From assembly GCA_040390125.1 (NCBI GenBank), contig JAZJYZ010000001.1, positions 6,428 through 70,427 of the forward strand: a DNA stretch of 64,000 nt, read 5' to 3'. A program made the position numbers and the translations under genes. The stretch is from Patescibacteria group bacterium. GTDB lineage: Bacteria > Patescibacteriota > Minisyncoccia > Phycocordibacterales > Phycocordibacteraceae. The notes under the pieces are model-generated. The model saw only the letters and a list, made by a program, of their open reading frames with translations. It had not been told where the DNA came from and did no database searches. Positions 1 through 10,828 of this stretch are shown here, in pieces (the stretch's first letter is position 1; the number at the start of each line of letters is the position of its first letter).

Positions 1-177
1 TTTTATACCAACGTAGGACTGAGTTACAGGACTCGTCGTCGCAATAACTACCCCTAGTGAAAGTGGACCGAGTTTTTGACGCTCGACTCTTACTTCTTCT
101 TTCCGCTCCGCTGCAAGTCTTCGTCCATCTACTATCATGTGTAGAACATATCATACCCACACACCGATTGCCCAATC

Positions 178-219
178 CAAAAAACATCCCAACATTCTTG
201 AGAATGTTGGGATGTTTTA
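178..219. terminator. Rho-independent terminator hairpin (AAAACATCCC-loop-GGGATGTTTT)
   Basis: Perfect GC-containing stem flanked by A-run and T-run, immediately 3' of the minus-strand epimerase gene. The same stem sequence recurs at 10776..10811. Confidence 0.6.
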
Positions 220-229
220 AGAAAGAATT

Positions 230-1141
230 TTATACACCAAAGATTTGTTTGAGTTCAGCAATGCCATCCTCAAGAGACACTTCGGGTTCCCAACCCAAAA
301 GTTCCTTAGCCCGAGTAATATCCGCTCTCGTGTGACGAGGCTCTAATCGAGGCTCAATATGTACAACAGAGCCACCAATTAATTCTGCTAGAGCGTTCAC
401 AGACACTTCCTGTCCTCGCCCTAAATTTATTACTTCTCCCTTCCCTACATGCTCGCTTTTTGCGGCAAGCAATACGCCACGGACAGTGTCACGCACGTGA
501 GTGAAATCACGTGTTTGTGTGCCATCTCCTGTAATTGTGAGTGGGGTTCCTTCTTTTTTTTGTTTCAAAAATTTACCTATCACAAGCGCATATGCACCTT
601 CAGGATCAAGACGAGGCCCGTACACATTGAAAAACCGCAGGGACACAGTCGACAGCCCGTAGACGGAAGTGAATATCCCACAGTAGAGTTCACTTACATA
701 TTTTTGAAGTGCGTACGGGCTCAACGGCTGAGGTGGGGCATCCTCGGAAAGTGGGAGCGTCTCTTGATTGCCATATGCAGAACTTGAAGCGGCATAGATG
801 ACACGCTTCACTCCAGCATCTTTTGAGGCTTTTAAAACTGCAAGCGTGCCACCAACATTCACAGAGTTGGTCTCCTCAGGATAGTCGATGGAATATTGAA
901 CTCGAGGCAGGGCGGCGAGATGAAACACAAATTCACTCCCTGCAATAATAGGGGCGATAGCGGAAGAATCCCGTACATCGACGACATGCAATGTTGCGTC
1001 CGCATGTACGTTTTCTCGCTTTCCCCCTGAAAGGTCATCTATAACAGAAACAGCAAAACCCTCTTTTATGAGAGCGTCCACGACGTGAGAGCCGACAAAC
1101 CCTGCCCCACCGGTCACCACCGCTTTTTTCATATTGCTCAT
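230..1141 (-). CDS. NAD-dependent epimerase/dehydratase (SDR family, UDP-sugar epimerase/decarboxylase-like)
   Basis: N-terminal Rossmann motif VVTGGAGFVGSH, catalytic YxxxK region (YALQK), 303 aa. Adjacent to sugar transferase genes. Confidence 0.8.
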   Translation of the reverse strand: MSNMKKAVVTGGAGFVGSHVVDALIKEGFAVSVIDDLSGGKRENVHADATLHVVDVRDSSAIAPIIAGSEFVFHLAALPRVQYSIDYPEETNSVNVGGTLAVLKASKDAGVKRVIYAASSSAYGNQETLPLSEDAPPQPLSPYALQKYVSELYCGIFTSVYGLSTVSLRFFNVYGPRLDPEGAYALVIGKFLKQKKEGTPLTITGDGTQTRDFTHVRDTVRGVLLAAKSEHVGKGEVINLGRGQEVSVNALAELIGGSVVHIEPRLEPRHTRADITRAKELLGWEPEVSLEDGIAELKQIFGV

Positions 1142-1193
1142 AGTGCTTCAGTGTACTGTACCTATATATCGAAAGAAAGGTTGCCATTCGCCC

Positions 1194-2591
1194 TTAACGA
1201 CTTGCACGTGCAAACAGGATTTTGATGGTACGTAATACTATCTCCATATCAAGCGCAAACGAGCGATGCTTGAAGTAATAGAGGTCATAGGACAGTTTTT
1301 GCTTTGTAGCCTCAATATCAAGCTTGAATTTCGGCGGAGACGCATGCTTTATTTGGGCCCATCCGGAAATGCCCGGCTGGATTAAGTGCCTGGTTTCGTA
1401 GTACGGAATGACTCTGGCATATTCAGTAACAAAGTGAGGTATTTCTGGCCTTGGGCCAATAAGGGCAATGTCTCCTCGAAGCACATTCCAGAATTGTGGG
1501 ATTTCATCAATCTGCGTCTTTCGTAAGAAAGAACCAAAATGCGTAATACGATTATTTTTTTTCTTTTCAGGATCTTCACCGTCGTCAAAAAGCATAGTAC
1601 GGAATTTTATGATCGAAATTTCACGATTATCCTTCCCGAGACGTTTCTGAAAAATAAAAGGGCTTCCCTTTTCTCCCACGATCAAGATAAGTACCACTAT
1701 GAGTATGAATGGCGACAAAATAACAAGTGCAAGTAGTGCAAGTACACTATCAATGAGACGCTTAAACACATCGTAGAGAACGGTTGGGGTGCGAGCACGT
1801 GCATCCAGAAACCAACGCTGATCGAGAAGTGGTAATGCAACACGGTCGAACAAATCTTCATATAAGTCACGTACATCTATGAAGGTAATATCAGAAAGCA
1901 TAAGCGCATCCCACGCACCCGAAAAACGCTGGTCCCTCAAGAAAGTAAACGGCACCACAACAACACTGGCACCTGTACGTTTAATGCACTCCAAAATGTA
2001 CTCTTGTATTTCCTCTGGGGAACGATTCGCTACATCGCAGATTTCGGCAAATCGAATCGCATAGCGGGTATTTCCATTAACTTCACGCATAATCTCATTG
2101 CATTCATCCCCTTCTCCAACTAACAGTGCGGGTGCTGGCGTCACCACAGACATCAGTGGGAACAGGTACAGTCTCCACGCCGAAACAAAGACAGTAGAAA
2201 GAAAGAGATAGATAAAAAGATTTGTTTTTGGTTGGATGCCAAAATACGGCACCAAGAAAAATAAGATAGCTGCGACTGAAATATTTGCAATCTGTGCATA
2301 AAAAACCATTTCAGGAAGTTTTGATTTTACGAGAAGCGTATGCTTTTCATAAAGCCCCGTAATGAGAAAAACGAGAGCTGAAAAGAGGAAAAGAAACAAA
2401 AACGGAACAAAGTGAGTATAGAGAGTGCGAGCATTGGGAAACGCCGAATAGCGAATGAGTAGTGTCGCCCATAGCGAAAAAGCGAGGAAACAAATATCCC
2501 CTATAAGAAGTACGAGCGCCTCGCGACGGAGTTTTAAAAGCATTTGATGAGAGAATAGTACATGAGAAACGGGGAGCCTCAAAACACGCAT
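1194..2591 (-). CDS. Polyprenyl-phosphate sugar phosphotransferase (bacterial sugar transferase, WbaP/EpsL-like)
   Basis: Several N-terminal TM helices. C-terminal conserved sugar-transferase domain (PFIFQKRLGKDNREISIIKFRTM...GPRPEIPHFV). Start chosen at the internal ATG (2591) that has an AAAGGA RBS; the ORF extends to 2660. Confidence 0.8.
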   Translation of the reverse strand: MRVLRLPVSHVLFSHQMLLKLRREALVLLIGDICFLAFSLWATLLIRYSAFPNARTLYTHFVPFLFLFLFSALVFLITGLYEKHTLLVKSKLPEMVFYAQIANISVAAILFFLVPYFGIQPKTNLFIYLFLSTVFVSAWRLYLFPLMSVVTPAPALLVGEGDECNEIMREVNGNTRYAIRFAEICDVANRSPEEIQEYILECIKRTGASVVVVPFTFLRDQRFSGAWDALMLSDITFIDVRDLYEDLFDRVALPLLDQRWFLDARARTPTVLYDVFKRLIDSVLALLALVILSPFILIVVLILIVGEKGSPFIFQKRLGKDNREISIIKFRTMLFDDGEDPEKKKNNRITHFGSFLRKTQIDEIPQFWNVLRGDIALIGPRPEIPHFVTEYARVIPYYETRHLIQPGISGWAQIKHASPPKFKLDIEATKQKLSYDLYYFKHRSFALDMEIVLRTIKILFARASR

Positions 2592-2634
2592 TCCTTTGAT
2601 ACCCTGTACTGAAGCCCTCGGTTTCCAAATACAT

Positions 2635-3648
2635 ATGAAAAAGAAAATCCTATACGTCATTACGAAATCAAATTGGGGCGGAGCTCAGCGGTACGTTTTT
2701 GATTTGGCAACAAACCTTCCGAAAGAAGACTTTGAGGTGAAGGTTTTCTTTGGAGGCACGGGAGAAGCGGACGCTTCTTATGGAATGCTTGCCACTAACT
2801 TAAGTATAAAAGGAATACATGGGGAACAGTTGCCAAGCTTCATGCGTGATATTTCTATTTCACGAGACTATAAAACTTTAATACGACTAATTGATCTGTT
2901 TAAAAAAGAAAAGCCTGATGTCGTCCACCTAAATTCGTCCAAAGCTGGAGGCATCGGGTCAGTAGCTGCTCGATGGGCAGGAGTGAAAAATATTATTTTT
3001 ACTGTGCACGGTTGGCCTTTTTTGGAAGACCGCTCAATCTTTGCAAAGACATTAATTTGGTTTGCCTCATGGCTTACAGTATTACTTTGCCATAAAGTCA
3101 TTTGCATTTCTGAATATGATCTGCAAATCGCAAGACACATGCCGTTTGTTGGTAAAAAAACAGTTCGTATTTATAACGGCATTGCTCCACTTGAATTAGG
3201 GTCCGGAGAAAAAATACGCACCACCTTCCCCTTTGGTGTACAGATCACTGGAACTATTGGCGAATTGAACAAAAATAAAAATCAACAAGCACTCATTGAA
3301 GAGGCGAAGAATACACCAGACATGTATGTTGCAATCGTGGGGATTGGAGAAAATTACACTACACTTCAAGAAAAAATAATACAATATAACCTACAAGAAC
3401 GGGTCAAGCTGTTTGGTTTTATGCCCGCAAGCGAGGCACTTAAAGGCTTTGATATCTTCACCTTACCATCCATAAAAGAAGGTCTGCCTTATGTGCTCTT
3501 AGAGGCGAGAGCGGCAGATCTTCCGATAGTTGCGAATCGCATCGGAGGCGTGGGTGAGATTTTGGATGCTAAGGACTTGAGTGAATTCTCACTTGAACAA
3601 ATGGTACAAAAAACAACAGCTTTGTATGCCCTGAACTCTGAACTCTGA
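2635..3648 (+). CDS. Glycosyltransferase family 4 (GT-B fold)
   Basis: C-terminal EGLPYVLLEARAADLPIVANRIGG motif typical of GT4. Divergent from the sugar transferase. C-terminus (..ALNSEL*) is encoded by the CTGAACT heptamer repeat. Confidence 0.8.
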   Translation: MKKKILYVITKSNWGGAQRYVFDLATNLPKEDFEVKVFFGGTGEADASYGMLATNLSIKGIHGEQLPSFMRDISISRDYKTLIRLIDLFKKEKPDVVHLNSSKAGGIGSVAARWAGVKNIIFTVHGWPFLEDRSIFAKTLIWFASWLTVLLCHKVICISEYDLQIARHMPFVGKKTVRIYNGIAPLELGSGEKIRTTFPFGVQITGTIGELNKNKNQQALIEEAKNTPDMYVAIVGIGENYTTLQEKIIQYNLQERVKLFGFMPASEALKGFDIFTLPSIKEGLPYVLLEARAADLPIVANRIGGVGEILDAKDLSEFSLEQMVQKTTALYALNSEL

Positions 3649-3653
3649 ACTTA

Positions 3654-4772
3654 TTATCCTATTCCAACCACCTCGTAGCGTTCGTCCTCATGTACGGCTC
3701 GGCCGTACTGTCGCATGGCGTTCACAATGCCTATAAGTGCATAGCTCGTAATAATGTGAGAACCCCCATAACTCATAAACGGGAGCGGAACACCAGTGAC
3801 AGGAAGTAGTCCCACATTCATACCGATGTGAATTATGGAATGTATGCCAAAAAGTGTCGCAACACCCAATGTGAAAAAAGCTTCAAAATTCGTTGCACCA
3901 TTTCGTGCATTTGCCACTAACCTATAAAACAGGAGCATAAACAGCCCGAGTAAGATTAATGTGCCAATCAAGCCCCACTCTTCTGCAAATGCGGCGAAGA
4001 TGAAATCTGTTTGATTTTCAGGAAGAAATTGAAGACGCGACTGGGTACCATACCCTATTCCCTTCCCTAAAATACCGCCAGAGCCAACCGCAACAGTTGA
4101 CTGAAATGCGTTGTACCCTGCACCAGAAATGTCGGCGAGAGGGTGAAGAAATGTGACAATGCGAGCTTTTTGATACGGTGCAAATGCAAAAATCCAAAGA
4201 AGCGAAACTACCGCAATAGCTCCCCCGGCTAGAAGAGCCAGGTGTCGCACCGGAATACCTGCAAGCAAGACCATACCCATCCAAAGACCGGCAACAATTA
4301 CCGCTGAGCCGAAGTCGGGCTGTAAAAATAGTAGTGCGAATATAAAAAACGCATACGCACCCGAAACGAGAATATGTCGCATACGAGCAATTTCAATATG
4401 TCGACGTGAAAAATACTTTGCCAAAACGAGAATAAGCGCAAACTTCGCAGGATCAACTGGTTGTACCGCAAACGCTCCAAGATTAAACCAGCTCTGTGCA
4501 CCCTTAAATACAGAACCTACTGCGAAAAGGAGCGTCAGAAAAAAGATTGCAACTGCATATATAAAAACCACAACACCGGTACGACGCAGAAATCTAAAAT
4601 CAATAGCACTCGCCAGAAAAAAAACAACAAGACCTATACCAAGCCAGATAATCTGATGCGACGCATACTGGTTATCTGCACCGAACCCGAACATGCTTGT
4701 AAGCCCCGCAAGCGAGATGAGTACTGCACTCCCGAGCAAAAGCCAATCAATGCGTCGAAGTATGGAGGTCAT
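3654..4772 (-). CDS. FtsW/RodA/SpoVE family peptidoglycan polymerase (SEDS)
   Basis: About 10 TM helices and SEDS family motifs (GAGYNAFQS, LPENQTDFIFA, PLPFMSYGGS). Start set at the internal ATG 4772, which gives an ATGA overlap with the upstream gene. Confidence 0.85.
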   Translation of the reverse strand: MTSILRRIDWLLLGSAVLISLAGLTSMFGFGADNQYASHQIIWLGIGLVVFFLASAIDFRFLRRTGVVVFIYAVAIFFLTLLFAVGSVFKGAQSWFNLGAFAVQPVDPAKFALILVLAKYFSRRHIEIARMRHILVSGAYAFFIFALLFLQPDFGSAVIVAGLWMGMVLLAGIPVRHLALLAGGAIAVVSLLWIFAFAPYQKARIVTFLHPLADISGAGYNAFQSTVAVGSGGILGKGIGYGTQSRLQFLPENQTDFIFAAFAEEWGLIGTLILLGLFMLLFYRLVANARNGATNFEAFFTLGVATLFGIHSIIHIGMNVGLLPVTGVPLPFMSYGGSHIITSYALIGIVNAMRQYGRAVHEDERYEVVGIG

Positions 4773-5506
4773 TGGGTTCGAGCAACGATATCGGTACGAA
4801 CAATTTCTCGAGCAAACGGCTGTTGCCACGTAAACACCGCATCCTGACTCCCTTTTGGAGGAACGGTACCGAGTTTCGTTTGGGACGCAGCAACGACTAT
4901 GTCATCGGCATCATACAGAAGTGCGGTAAGTACCGTCCCATTCACGGCAGTTGCTGTTCTGTTCTCAATATGAGCTGAGAGTGTAAGTGCGGTTGCATCA
5001 AGTTGTCGAGAAGTGATTTGAATAGGTTCCACAGGTCTTTCCATCCGTGTCCACTGCCCGCCCCCAAAGGTAACAAATGTTCTTCCAGGTATGCGTTCCC
5101 CTGTCAGGATATTAGGTTCAAAAAGAGGAACCACTTCTCCTGGGTAGAGAAACATAACGCCACGACGCTCTGCAATGAGAATATTTTTATCATCAAAAAT
5201 CTGAAACGTGTACGGGAGTGCATCCGTTCCTGCAGAGGATTCTGGATTACGCACAAGTGCAACGGCATGATAGACACCGGGGGCAACTAAAACCGCACGT
5301 GCCCAGAGAGCAGATACCCGAGGAGCTTGGCAAAGTGTTGCACATACCCCCCCACAATCAACACCTTCCTCTGTTTGATTCAAAATGCCATCACTGCACG
5401 TAGCCTTGTGATTAAAAAATAACAACCATCCTCCTCCAACCAGTAAAAGAAGCACGAGGATGATACCCCCCGCATACAGTGCCTGCCGCTTTACTGCCCA
5501 ACGCAT
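4769..5506 (-). CDS. Hypothetical membrane-anchored Cys-rich secreted protein
   Basis: N-terminal TM helix (GGIILVLLLLVGGGWLLFF) followed by a CxxxxxxxxxxCGGVCATLC cluster. No recognisable family. Translationally coupled to rodA. Confidence 0.5.
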   Translation of the reverse strand: MRWAVKRQALYAGGIILVLLLLVGGGWLLFFNHKATCSDGILNQTEEGVDCGGVCATLCQAPRVSALWARAVLVAPGVYHAVALVRNPESSAGTDALPYTFQIFDDKNILIAERRGVMFLYPGEVVPLFEPNILTGERIPGRTFVTFGGGQWTRMERPVEPIQITSRQLDATALTLSAHIENRTATAVNGTVLTALLYDADDIVVAASQTKLGTVPPKGSQDAVFTWQQPFAREIVRTDIVARTQ

Positions 5507-5551
5507 AATAGGTAGCTTACATCCTAGCGAGCCGAGGGAAAAGGGAAATCC

Positions 5552-6491
5552 TCATTTCTCTTTTCCGAGCGAGGGACGGATGAAAACGTCTCGTTTACAG
5601 GTTCTAGGTGCTAGTTTTTTAAACACAGAACTCACCTCCGGCGGGTAAGTACTGTTTTGAATATCTTCATGCACTACATTTTTGAGCACCTCCCATAGAG
5701 GAGTATCGTTGCGCATCAATTCAGGATGGTATTTTTTCAATCTTTCATAAATATCTTTTTCTGCTTCGTCAACGACTTTTATTTCAAGAGCAAAGTGACC
5801 TTCGGTACGAAGTGCCTCACCTGGTGCTGTCTGAACCGGAAATTGCTCGGCGTTGATTGTACGATATTGCTCAACAGCTGAACCCGTAAGCCGCTCTTTC
5901 CAGTCGTCAATGCTAATTTCCCATTCGCCAGTTTTTAAGTTCTTAGTGGGATTTACTGTCGTGTGGATATACAGAAGTAGTTTTTTAAGAAAGTATAATC
6001 GCTTTTCTTCCTCGGTCTGAGGTTGTATCCAACCACCACCTGCCTCGTGAGAAAAACGTGTATCGCTTGCTCCTGCCACTTCCACTATCAGCGGATCAAC
6101 ACCTCTCTCTAGAAGAACTTGAGAGCCTTCTTTATCTATCGCCTCACGCTCAGCAGTAGTGATTTCTTCAACCTTATGTCGCTTATACTGCACGCGTCGC
6201 ATTGGCATATTCAGAACTGCAGCACTGGATAAAATACGCTGATCATCTTTTGAGAGATTGAGAAGCTTTCCTAAGTTCACTGCGACAACGCCTTGGACAA
6301 GTGCGCGCATCTTAAGACCTTTCCATCCCTCTCTCTCACCCACCTCATCAAAGCCGTGCTCAAAACGATCGTCAGTGAGGTGTTCGAGTTCATTCGAAAA
6401 AACCTCACGACCAACATGCGCAAGATATGCATCTATCATTTCAGCACTTGGAGTCTGCTCTGTGACTTTCAATCCTTCTCTCTTTTTCATT
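5552..6491 (-). CDS. Hypothetical protein
   Basis: Long ORF (up to 6610) with no recognisable motif. Start uncertain. Lies immediately 3' of the 5S rRNA on the same strand. Confidence 0.4.
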
Positions 6492-6683
6492 TTTTGAGTG
6501 TGAGTCTTAGAAAAAATACATCCAGAAGCTGGTTTTATTAATCTAATTTTTTGTGACAATTTGCACACTCCGTAGCCCAAAACGCATTTGTGAAACCGCA
6601 ACCACCGCATGTTGGACGTCTTTCAAAATCTTCCATAGTGTTGCCGCAAATCTAAACTTTTAAACGTAAAAATCAAATTCTTA

Positions 6684-6792
6684 GTGCTGGCGTCTACTTA
6701 CTCTCCCCTTACGAGTACCATCAGCGCACGTGGGCTTAACTTCCGAGTTCGGAATGGGATCGGGTGTGACCCCACTGCAAAAACACCAGCAC
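6684..6792 (-). rRNA. rrf: 5S ribosomal RNA
   Basis: Reverse complement matches the 5S consensus (..CCGAACUCGGAAGUUAAGC..GGUACUCGUAAGGGGAGAGUAAGUAGACGCCAGCAC) with terminal helix I pairing. Confidence 0.85.
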
Positions 6793-6975
6793 TAAAAATT
6801 CGATTCACTCATCACAAAGAAAACACCGAGCACAATATATACGTTATGGATTTCCACGCTTCCCCGCAGAATCGGCGAATTAGTACTTCTTGGCTCAATG
6901 CATTACTGCATGTACACCTAAAGCCTATCAACGTGATCATCTCTCACGGGCCTTAACGATACCTAATCTTGGAGG

Positions 6976-7014
<39 letters not shown>

Positions 7015-7151
7015 CGACATAGCTACCCTGCAATGCCGCGGGCGCGACAACAGGCAGACCAGAGGTCAGTTCATCCCGGTCCTCTCGTACTAAGGACGAC
7101 TCTCCTCAAGTATCAACGCTCATAGTAGATAGGAGACCAACCTGTCTCACG

Positions 7152-7563
7152 CATGTTTTCACGAATTACCTTCGTGCATTGGACTGTAACTTCATCCGTT
7201 CTGGATGTTCAACATTCAGTCTCTAGAGGCAAAGTAGTTTTGAGTATTGAGTTCTGAGTTCAGAGTTAAAACTCTAGACTCGGAACTGGGAACCCTGAAC
7301 TAACTAATTCCCTCGGTATTACCCTTCGCATAAGCGAATTGGGCTTCACCGATATAAGTTGATTTCTTCTTGCATGTTCCCATGCAAGACCGCCGTGATT
7401 GGTTGATTTCTTTTTCTTTTTGTCTGACGAAAGACCTTTTATATATTTCGAACAACTTTCATTTCTCGATTGGGCTCAGACTGTCTAAGCGGGAAAGTAG
7501 AGAGTGGAATGTGGAGAGTAGTTTAACTACCTTCTACACTCTACCTACTACCTTCTAACCTAA
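7152..7563 (-). other. Intervening sequence in 23S rRNA at the E. coli L2593 (I-CreI homing) site; candidate ORF-less group I intron
   Basis: The conserved sequence GGGUU(C/U)AGAACGU|CGUGAGACAG is split by 412 nt. The 5' exon ends in U and the insert ends in G (omega-G-like). The insert has no ORF and contains heptamer repeats plus a GA-rich hairpin element. Confidence 0.55.
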
Positions 7564-7595
<32 letters not shown>

Positions 7596-9937
7596 TTGGC
7601 GAACAGCCAAACCCTTGGAACCTTCTCCAGCTCCGGGATGTGGTGAGCCGACATCGAGGTGCCGAACTCCGCCGTCGCTATGGACGCTTAGGCGGAACTA
7701 GCCTGTTATCCCCAGAGTAACTTTTATCCGTTGGGCTTCCCCTGCATCTAATGCATAAGGTCGGATCACTATGCTCCACTTTCGTGTCTGCTCGACATGT
7801 ACGTCTCGCAGTTAAGCCAGCTTTTGCCATTACACGACCGGCACGGTTTCCATTCGCGCCTAGCTGACCTTTGTAGGCTCCTCCGTTACTTTTTGGGAGG
7901 AGAGCGCCCCACTCAAACTGCCTGCCACGCACTGTCTCCCAGGTGTTTTGCCTGAGGTTAGAAATTGCAACACATAAGAACGGTATTTCACTGATGAGTC
8001 CACGCCAACCAAAATCAACGCTTCAACCTCTCCCGTCTATGCTACGCATATGCATCGCAATCCCAATACGAAGCTACAGTAAAGCTTCTGGGGTCTTTTC
8101 GTCTAACTATGAGTAACCGGCATCTTCACCGGTATTGTATTTTCACCGAGCAAGTCCTCGAGACAGTTTCCAACTCGTTACACCATTCGTGCACGTCTGA
8201 ACTTACCAGACAAGGAATTACGCTACCTTAGGACGATTATAGTTATCGCCGACATTGACCAGGGCTTATAAAGTCCAGCACACAGTATTGCTACCATGCA
8301 CCAACCTTAGTTGACCTTCTGGCATTGGTCAGGTGTCACCCCCTATACATCCTCTTGCGAGTTCGCAGGGAGCTGTGTTTTTGATAAACAGTCGATTGGA
8401 AATCTTTCGCTGCGGCCTCCTAACTTAATAGGAGGCGGGCCTTATCCCGAAGTTACGGCCGCTGTTTTGCCGAGTTCCTTGAGGACCTCTCACTCGTTCG
8501 CCTTGGTCTACTCGACCTGATCACCTGTGTTGGTTTGCGGTACGGTCTCTCGCCAATTAAGCTTAGAAGATTTTCTTGGAAGCGTGCTCCATGGTATTCC
8601 CCCTGACGAATCAGGAAGTTTATGCTTCGCTTGGGGTAATGTATCCCGGATTTTCCTGAAGATACGCCCTCACGCTACAAACACAAATCCAATTATGTGC
8701 ACCATGTACAACCCTCCGTCTCTCCATCACACTGGCGCGAGGCTAGGGAATATTAACCCTATGTCCATCGCGTTCGGCTTTCGCCATTTGCTTAGGCCCG
8801 GCTAACCCTTGGCTGATTATCAGTGCCAAGGAAACCTCGATCTTTCGGCGTACGGGGTTCTCACCCGTATTGTGGTTACTTGTGCCGGCATTCTCACTTC
8901 CAAACGCTCCAGAATGGGTCACCCCTTATCCTTCATTGCGGTTTGGAACGCTCTCCTACCGCTTGATGCAGACGGATCCGCATTCAAGCCCTCAGTTTCG
9001 GTACCGCGCTTAGCCCCGATTATCTTCGGCGCAGAAATTCTCGATGAGTGAGCTGTTACGCTTTCTTTAAATGGTGGCTGCTTCTAAGCCAACATCCTCA
9101 CTGTCTTAGAACTTCCACTTCCTTGTGATGCACTCAGCGCGGATTTAGGGACCTTAACTTGAGATCTAGGCTCTTCCCTTCTCGACATATGGAGCTTAGC
9201 CCCCATCGTCTAACTGCCTGACTTATACTCGCCGGTATTCGGAGTTTGATAGGATCAACGAGATTGCTCCCTGTTTGATCCTTCCAGTGCTCTACCCCCG
9301 GGAGAAACATCAGACGCCAGCCCAAAAGCTGTTTCGGAGAGAACCAGCTATTACCAGGTTCGATAAGCTTTTCACTCCTTGTCACAAGTCATCCCAAGAC
9401 GTTATACGATCAACGGGTTCGGGCCTCCATCTGTCTTTCGACAAACTTCACCCTGCTCATGACAAGCTCACCTGGCTTCGGGTCTTACGTACGCGACTTT
9501 TCGCGCTATTCACACTCGGTTTCCCTTCGGCTCCGGGCTAACGCCCTTAGCCATGCCGTGTACGTAAACTCGCCGGCTCATTCTTCAATAGGCACGCCGT
9601 CGAGGTGCAAGCACCTCTTCGACTCCTTGTAGATGTGTGGTTTCAGAACTATTTCACTGTCCTCATCGGACTACTTTTCACCTTTCCCTCACGGTACTGG
9701 TTCACTATCGATCTCTATAGATATTTAGCCTTGCCGGTTAGTCCCGGCAGATTCATCCAAGCTATTCATGTCTCGGATTACTCAAGAACGATAACAAGAA
9801 AGTGACTTTTGTTTCGCGTACGGGACCGTTACCCTCTAGGGTTCTGCTTCCCAGCAGATTCCGCTACAAAAATCATTGATGACTTCCCTTCCATAAATGG
9901 AACGCTATCGCCTTACAACCCCGCACACAGCACATTG

Positions 9938-10022
9938 CATGCGATGCACTTTAGAAAGTAGAAGATAGTGGGTAGAAAGTAGTTCAGAAAACTACTCTCG
10001 ACATTCCACTCTCTACTCTCTA
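9938..10022. repeat. About 80-nt hairpin repeat element inserted at a helix tip in 23S domain I
   Basis: About 85% identical to 7478..7556 inside the intervening sequence, in inverted orientation (AGTAGAGAGTGGAATGT[GC]GAGAGTAGTTT..ACTAC..TTCTAC). Flanked by complementary arms GUGCGCAGCACAGUGCAU / AUGCAAUGUGCUGUGUGCGG. Confidence 0.5.
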
Positions 10023-10653
10023 AGCATCCTATGCACTGTGCTGCGCACGGTTTGGGCTTCTCCCGTTTCGCTCGCCGCTACTCGGGGAATTCCAGAATCC
10101 CGGTCCCTTTGCAAAATAAATTTTGCAGAGAGACCGAGATATCCTGTTGGTCTCTTTTCCTCTAGGTACTGAGATGTTTCACTTCCCTAGGTGCGCTCCT
10201 TTGACACACGCCAAAGGTATCTTCCGTAAGAAGATGGGTTTCCCCATTCGGACATTTTCGGATCAATGCTTGCTCGTCAGCTCCCCGAAACTTTTCGCAG
10301 ACAGGCTACGTCCTTCATCGCTCTATAGAGTCTAGGCATCCACCACACACCCTTCAAACTTCCACGAGGAAGCTTGAAAACCACATAACGATTCTGTTCA
10401 ATTACGAACAGTGATTTTTTATTATGCTCGGTGTTCTCTTTGTGATGAGTTGTCAATGAACTGATGAATGAGAGAACAAAAAAGGCCGCTTTTGGCGACC
10501 TAGATACAGGAGCTTAAAAGCTACTGTCTAGCGTCGCATTTCGCCTCTAGTGTTAGTACTCATAAACCTTTGAGTAGAATACGCCCCGAGCTGGGTTATG
10601 TCAAGGAAATGCAGGCTCGTTTGGGAAAATTGACCCCTGAAAAGAGCCCCAAA

Positions 10654-10682
10654 TAAAAAACCCTTTATTTAAAGGGTTTTAC
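10654..10682. terminator. Hairpin terminator (AAAAAACCCTTT-loop-AAAGGGTTTT)
   Basis: Stem-loop with flanking A and T runs in the 23S upstream spacer. Confidence 0.5.
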
Positions 10683-10775
10683 AGGAGAGCCTTTTGGGGC
10701 CAATTACCCTATCCACAGGATTTCCACTCCTAATTAGGCGTCAGGTTTCAGCTGTCAGCTTCCAGCTTTTAGTAC

Positions 10776-10811
10776 AAAAACATCCCGAGGTTTCACCTCG
10801 GGATGTTTTTT
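10776..10811. terminator. Bidirectional hairpin terminator (AAAAACATCCCGAGG-loop-CCTCGGGATGTTTTTT)
   Basis: Perfect 10-bp stem with A-run and T-run, directly 3' of the small minus-strand ORF. The stem is shared with the terminator at 178..219. Confidence 0.65.
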
Positions 10812-10828
10812 ACAGATTCCTCTCTCTT

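Noticed and set aside
57-787. ORFs 57..335 (+) and 449..787 (+)
   Set aside because: They overlap the well-supported minus-strand epimerase gene and its terminator and have no motifs. Spurious.
6258-6541. Plus-strand ORFs 6258..6497 and 6293..6541
   Set aside because: Antisense to the longer minus-strand ORF 5552..6610. No support.
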